Positions 34,571-38,435 of a stretch of DNA of 38,435 bases are shown one piece after another. Under the pieces are notes generated by a model. The model was not told the origin of the DNA. It saw only the letters and a list, made by a program, of their open reading frames with translations, and searched no databases. The DNA comes from an uncultured Prolixibacteraceae bacterium (GTDB lineage Bacteria > Bacteroidota > Bacteroidia > Bacteroidales > Prolixibacteraceae). Location of the stretch: the NCBI GenBank assembly GCA_964486235.1, contig CAZANK010000001.1, forward strand, positions 2,488 to 40,922. The letters are read 5' to 3'. The first letter of the stretch is position 1. Each line of letters starts with the position of its first letter. The position numbers were made by a program, and so were the translations under genes.

Positions 34571-35830
34571 ATGAAAATCAATCATTCTTTTCTTTCAATT
34601 TTTTTCCTTTTCTTATCATCAACTACAGGAAGCGCCCAGGTAAACAACCTGAAAATCAGTGAAGATACTGACGTGATTGTAATGAAGAAAGTAGCTGACC
34701 ATATACTTTCCAATACCACTTATGATTTTATTATTCCTGGCGATGGAACAATTCTGAAAACTGTGAATTCTTCGAATTATAAAGAGTCAATTGCTTTACG
34801 AAGCCCTTATAATACCTGGAACTATTGGAACGGGGTATTGAGTATTGCAATGATCAGGATAGCAGAGAGTTTAGATGATAAAAGATATCAGAAATTCGCG
34901 ATTAAGAATTATGAATTCTCATTCGACAACCTCCCATTTTTTAAAAGCAGGTATAAAGGACAGGATAAATGGATCTATCCGTTCGGACAGGCTATCGTAA
35001 CCAAAGAGTTAGATGATTGCGGCGCTATGGGAGCCGGCCTGATAGAGGTCAACCAAATTAAACCACGAGAAGAATACAACGATTATCTGTTGAATGCTGC
35101 CTTGCATATACTTAACGGGCAAGACCGGCTTGATGACAAAACGCTGGTACGTAAATTTCCTTACGAGATGACCTTGTGGGCCGATGATCTGTACATGAGC
35201 ATTGTGTTTCTTTCAAGAATGGGTAAATGGACGGGTGACAATAAGTATTTTGATGATGCCATACTTCAGGTAGAAAACTTCACGAAGTATTTATTCAATC
35301 CAAACACGGCGCTTTATTACCATAGCTGGTATAGCGACCTTAAAACCAATGGTGTTGCGCATTGGGGCAGATGCAATGGTTGGGTTATGATGGCCCAGGT
35401 TGAATTATTGGATTATTTGCCAACGAATTATCCCAATCGGGAAAAGTTACTGAAAATACTTTATCAGCAGATTTTAGGAATTTCCCGATACCAGGATATC
35501 TCGGGAATGTGGCATCAATTGATTGACAAAAACGATTCTTACCTCGAAACCTCATCAACGGCCATGTTTACGTATAGCATTGCAAAAGCTGTAAACAATG
35601 GTTGGATTGACAAAAGGTATATTTCAGTGGCCATTGAAGCTTGGGACGGTTTGAAGAAAAATATCAATGAGGATGGACTGGTCAGGAACATCTGTGAGGG
35701 GACAGGTATCGAGAATGACCTCCTTTACTATTATAAAAGGCCAACTCCGCTGAATGATATTCATGGATTGGGGGCAATTTTATTGGCTGGCAATGAGATC
35801 ATTAAGTTTAAAAGAGAAAATAATAAATAA
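34571..35830 (+). CDS. GH105/GH88-family unsaturated glycuronyl (rhamnogalacturonyl/glucuronyl) hydrolase
   Basis: Signal peptide FLFLSSTTGSAQ. YteR-type motifs LWADDLYMSIVFLSRMG, HWGRCNGWVMMAQVELLDYLP, GMWHQLIDKNDSYLETSSTAMFTYSIAKAVNNGWI and HGLGAILLAG. Confidence 0.85.
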   Translation: MKINHSFLSIFFLFLSSTTGSAQVNNLKISEDTDVIVMKKVADHILSNTTYDFIIPGDGTILKTVNSSNYKESIALRSPYNTWNYWNGVLSIAMIRIAESLDDKRYQKFAIKNYEFSFDNLPFFKSRYKGQDKWIYPFGQAIVTKELDDCGAMGAGLIEVNQIKPREEYNDYLLNAALHILNGQDRLDDKTLVRKFPYEMTLWADDLYMSIVFLSRMGKWTGDNKYFDDAILQVENFTKYLFNPNTALYYHSWYSDLKTNGVAHWGRCNGWVMMAQVELLDYLPTNYPNREKLLKILYQQILGISRYQDISGMWHQLIDKNDSYLETSSTAMFTYSIAKAVNNGWIDKRYISVAIEAWDGLKKNINEDGLVRNICEGTGIENDLLYYYKRPTPLNDIHGLGAILLAGNEIIKFKRENNK

Positions 35831-35831
35831 A

Positions 35832-38084
35832 ATGAAGAGGAAATTAATTCCGGCAATCTGCTTTTTCTTTTTATTGTCATTTGTCTTCAATAGCCTAAAG
35901 GTACGGGCAGGTGATGTAACAATTATTGATTCAAGGCATTACAGTACTGTACTTGGCGAAATGCGTAACTATCGCATATTTTTGCCTCCCGGCTATTCTG
36001 AAAACCCTCAGAAAAGATACCCGGTCATCTATTTTTTGCACGGATGGTCTCAGCGCTATTTTGGCGCAGGTCCGATTTATTCAGATCCTTTTGAAAAAGG
36101 CAGTGATAACAATGGCGACAACATTGCGAATTTCGTTTCAAAGCATGATGTTATTGTTGTAAAATCAGATGGATACAACCGAAACCCTGATGAAGAATAC
36201 TACGTGCGACCTTATAACGTTGGGAAAAAGAGCGAGGTCGAAACTTACCGGCAATTCCCGATCTATTACCCTGAGTTCGTAAATTATATTGATGAAACCT
36301 ATCTTACCATTGCCGACAGGGAACACAGGGCAATTTCAGGTCTTTCGATGGGGGGGTTTATGACTTTTTGGATTGGTGGAAAATATCCGCAGTTATTTTC
36401 TGCCGCCGGAAATTTCTGTGGTTCTACGGAATTTTTTGTTGGTCCCCAAAGCTTCCCTGTGGAGTACCACCACAAAGATATGTATAAGAATTACGGAGGA
36501 ATGAATATCCGGTTAAATTATGGTGATAAGGACTTTATCCTCAATTATCATGAGGAAGTAAATAAAGTGTGGACACAGGTAATGGATCATTATGAATTTA
36601 AAATTTATGATGCGGCACATTCTACCTGCGGACTTGGTGAAATGTTTAATTTTTGCATGAAAACCTTTGAGAATCCTCCGGGAAAACCTGAAAAATGGGA
36701 TCATATTGATGTATATCCTGAATTCTCTGTATGGGATTATAATATCTATTCCGACCGAAATGTTCCGGGTTTTACTGTCCTCGAAAATGTAGATAAAAGA
36801 GGGTTCAAATGCGCGGTAAGGGAGTTTCTTCCCGATGGTGAATTGTTGCCTTTTGTGAACCTGACGGTAACAACACCACCAATATATGAAAAGAATCAAT
36901 CGTACATTATTAACGATATTGACGCCAAAAGCTTAGAATCCATGCAAAAAACAATCCTGAGCGACGATTCAGGAAGATTGAAGATCAGTATAAATGGCAG
37001 TCTTCACGAAATTGGAATCAATAAAAAAGACGATAAACCCAACATTTGTGTCGCTTCGTTCGAAATTGAAAATATGGCTTGGGCAATAACCGGGAAAGAT
37101 GTCAGGCTCTCCATAAAACTACTGAATAAAGGATTGGCGACTGCGAAAAACATCAGCGCCAGGATTGCAGCAACACGAAATACTACGATCATTCCTGAAA
37201 GTGAAGCATCATTTGGGAATATTGATGTTAATGAATTGAAGACCTGTCAGATTCCATATGTATTCCACGTGCAAGCTGATCATGTTGAAATGGTACAATT
37301 CAGGATAACAATTCAGGATGAGAAAAAAAATCAATGGATTGAATTATTTGAGGTTCCTGTTAAACGGGATTTGCTGGAAATGGATTGTGTGATCGCCGAT
37401 GGCAAAGTATTTACCGTCGCGAAAGCGGGCGACGATACCGAAACAATCTTTTTGGGAGAAGGAAATGGTGATGGTGTAGCAAATCCGGGTGAGAGTATTA
37501 TGATACTCGTAAAAGATAACGATACCTACCGCAGAACCAGTTTATATTTTTCAGATAAGTACCTAAATCCATTTGGGATAAACCACAGAATATCAGATGA
37601 CTGGTTTAGTTATGATTATGTGGGCGCTTCATGCAAATTTTCCAAACCATTAATTGCCTCCGATTGCCCTGAAAATCATATCATTGAATTATCCACTGAA
37701 CACTGGCTCCCAGACAAGCTTTTTCATGTTGTTAAACAAGGGAAAGTTAAGATTAACGTGAAAGGAAAGGATAGTACACCACCCAAACTTAGGTGGGTGC
37801 AAATCCCTGGTAATAATATTGTCCAGGCAAAGCTATACGATGGTTCAAAAATTCTGTCGGTGAAAGCCAAACTAATCCTATGGGTGAAGGATAAACCTAC
37901 GGAATATCTTGAATTTAAGTTGAATGACAATGGTTTGAATGGTGATCTGGTTAAGGCCGATAATGTATTTAGCGCGAAAATTCCTGAACAGAAACTTGGT
38001 TTTTACAGGGTGGTAATAGAGGCGGAAGATTCATTTGGAAATACATTAATTGAAGAGGCCCGTGATAAATATTTGTTGCACTGA
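35832..38084 (+). CDS. PF00756-type (esterase D / CE1-like) serine esterase fused to a C-terminal region of about 460 aa with unknown function
   Basis: Signal peptide MKRKLIPAICFFFLLSFVFNSLKVRA. YRIFLPPGYSENPQKRYPVIYFLHGW. Nucleophile elbow GLSMGGF. The ATG at 35832 lies 1 nt after the upstream stop. The ORF-track start at 35754 overlaps the GH105 gene. Confidence 0.78.
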   Translation: MKRKLIPAICFFFLLSFVFNSLKVRAGDVTIIDSRHYSTVLGEMRNYRIFLPPGYSENPQKRYPVIYFLHGWSQRYFGAGPIYSDPFEKGSDNNGDNIANFVSKHDVIVVKSDGYNRNPDEEYYVRPYNVGKKSEVETYRQFPIYYPEFVNYIDETYLTIADREHRAISGLSMGGFMTFWIGGKYPQLFSAAGNFCGSTEFFVGPQSFPVEYHHKDMYKNYGGMNIRLNYGDKDFILNYHEEVNKVWTQVMDHYEFKIYDAAHSTCGLGEMFNFCMKTFENPPGKPEKWDHIDVYPEFSVWDYNIYSDRNVPGFTVLENVDKRGFKCAVREFLPDGELLPFVNLTVTTPPIYEKNQSYIINDIDAKSLESMQKTILSDDSGRLKISINGSLHEIGINKKDDKPNICVASFEIENMAWAITGKDVRLSIKLLNKGLATAKNISARIAATRNTTIIPESEASFGNIDVNELKTCQIPYVFHVQADHVEMVQFRITIQDEKKNQWIELFEVPVKRDLLEMDCVIADGKVFTVAKAGDDTETIFLGEGNGDGVANPGESIMILVKDNDTYRRTSLYFSDKYLNPFGINHRISDDWFSYDYVGASCKFSKPLIASDCPENHIIELSTEHWLPDKLFHVVKQGKVKINVKGKDSTPPKLRWVQIPGNNIVQAKLYDGSKILSVKAKLILWVKDKPTEYLEFKLNDNGLNGDLVKADNVFSAKIPEQKLGFYRVVIEAEDSFGNTLIEEARDKYLLH

Positions 38085-38119
38085 AATCGATGGGTATTCT
38101 ATCCATTCGTATTGATTAA

Positions 38120-38372
38120 GAGCTCCCGCGGTTTCGGCGCACACAAGAGCCGTCACCTTGGTGATTTTAGTTCCCATTGTTTTGACAATCCGCCAGCCTC
38201 CCATCATGGTTCCCAGGCCGATCGCCTCGAAACAGGTGAGGGGAACCCATCCGGGCATGGTGTCGGCCGAGTCGATCTGCTCCACCGCGATCAGCGCTGT
38301 CGCGATGATACCCATTACTTTCCGAGAATCATTCAGGCCATGATAGCTTTTTAGCCCTTTTCTGTGCTAAGT
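38120..38372 (-). pseudogene. Internal fragment (about 75-80 codons) of a PiT/PHO4-family inorganic phosphate transporter gene
   Basis: The minus-strand translation SYHGLNDSRKVMGIIATALIAVEQ...GLGTMMGGWRIVKTMGTKITKVTALVCAETAGAL matches conserved PiT motifs (HGxND..K.MGII; GGWRIxxTxGxKITK; AE). Similarity stops near 38120. An in-frame TAG lies just upstream at 38372-38374, so both ends of the gene are missing. Spot counts show GC clearly higher (52-63% per 60 nt) than the flanks. Confidence 0.6.
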
Positions 38373-38435
38373 TCAATTATTTTCTGAGTTTTTCAATTTT
38401 TTGTACCTAAAAATCCTGCCGCTCGATTTTTGGCT

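Noticed and set aside
38112-38354. Plus-strand ORFs of 80 and 61 aa over the right-edge GC-rich patch
   Set aside because: They are the antisense shadow of the PiT-like fragment, and the conserved motifs are on the - strand.
1-38435. CRISPR arrays, rRNA or tRNA genes, integrase/recombinase genes, toxin-antitoxin or defence-system genes
   Set aside because: I scanned the intergenic regions and small ORFs. I found no regularly spaced direct repeats, no conserved RNA gene motifs and no ORFs with the corresponding signatures.

Overview
This is a Bacteroidota-style chromosomal segment in which every intact gene lies on the + strand. All family calls come from motif recognition by eye, not from database searches. 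Left to right: (1) The 3' part of a glycoside-hydrolase-like gene runs in from the left edge. (2) PUL1 holds a FecR-type anti-sigma gene with no sigma gene beside it, an STN-domain SusC-like TonB-dependent transducer, a SusD-like lipoprotein, two accessory surface lipoproteins (DUF4959/DUF5000-like and DUF4998-like) and a 33-codon lipoprotein stub. (3) A visibly AT-rich cassette of about 3.7 kb is bounded by a 45-bp imperfect inverted repeat. It carries a GH95-like gene, a short and probably truncated ORF, and two abutting transposase fragments (IS66-like and IS4-like, in different frames). (4) PUL2 starts with an ECF sigma and a FecR anti-sigma, then an S45 (PvdQ/penicillin-acylase-type) Ntn acylase wedged ahead of the SusC/SusD pair. 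A tightly packed enzyme operon follows: GH172 (DUF2961), amidohydrolase, alpha/beta esterase, second GH172, HGSNAT-like DUF5009 membrane acetyltransferase, GH109-like enzyme, GH116, GH105/GH88, and a PF00756-type esterase with a long extra C-terminal region. (5) A GC-rich internal fragment of a PiT phosphate-transporter gene lies on the - strand at the right edge. No rRNA, tRNA or CRISPR array was seen. The most interesting points are the PUL2 enzyme set (two GH172 plus GH116 plus an acetyltransferase/GH109 pair plus esterases and an acylase, suggesting an unusual acylated or amino-sugar-decorated furanosyl glycan), the acylase insertion bracketed by a duplicated junction sequence, and the IR-bounded foreign cassette with IS debris between the two PULs.
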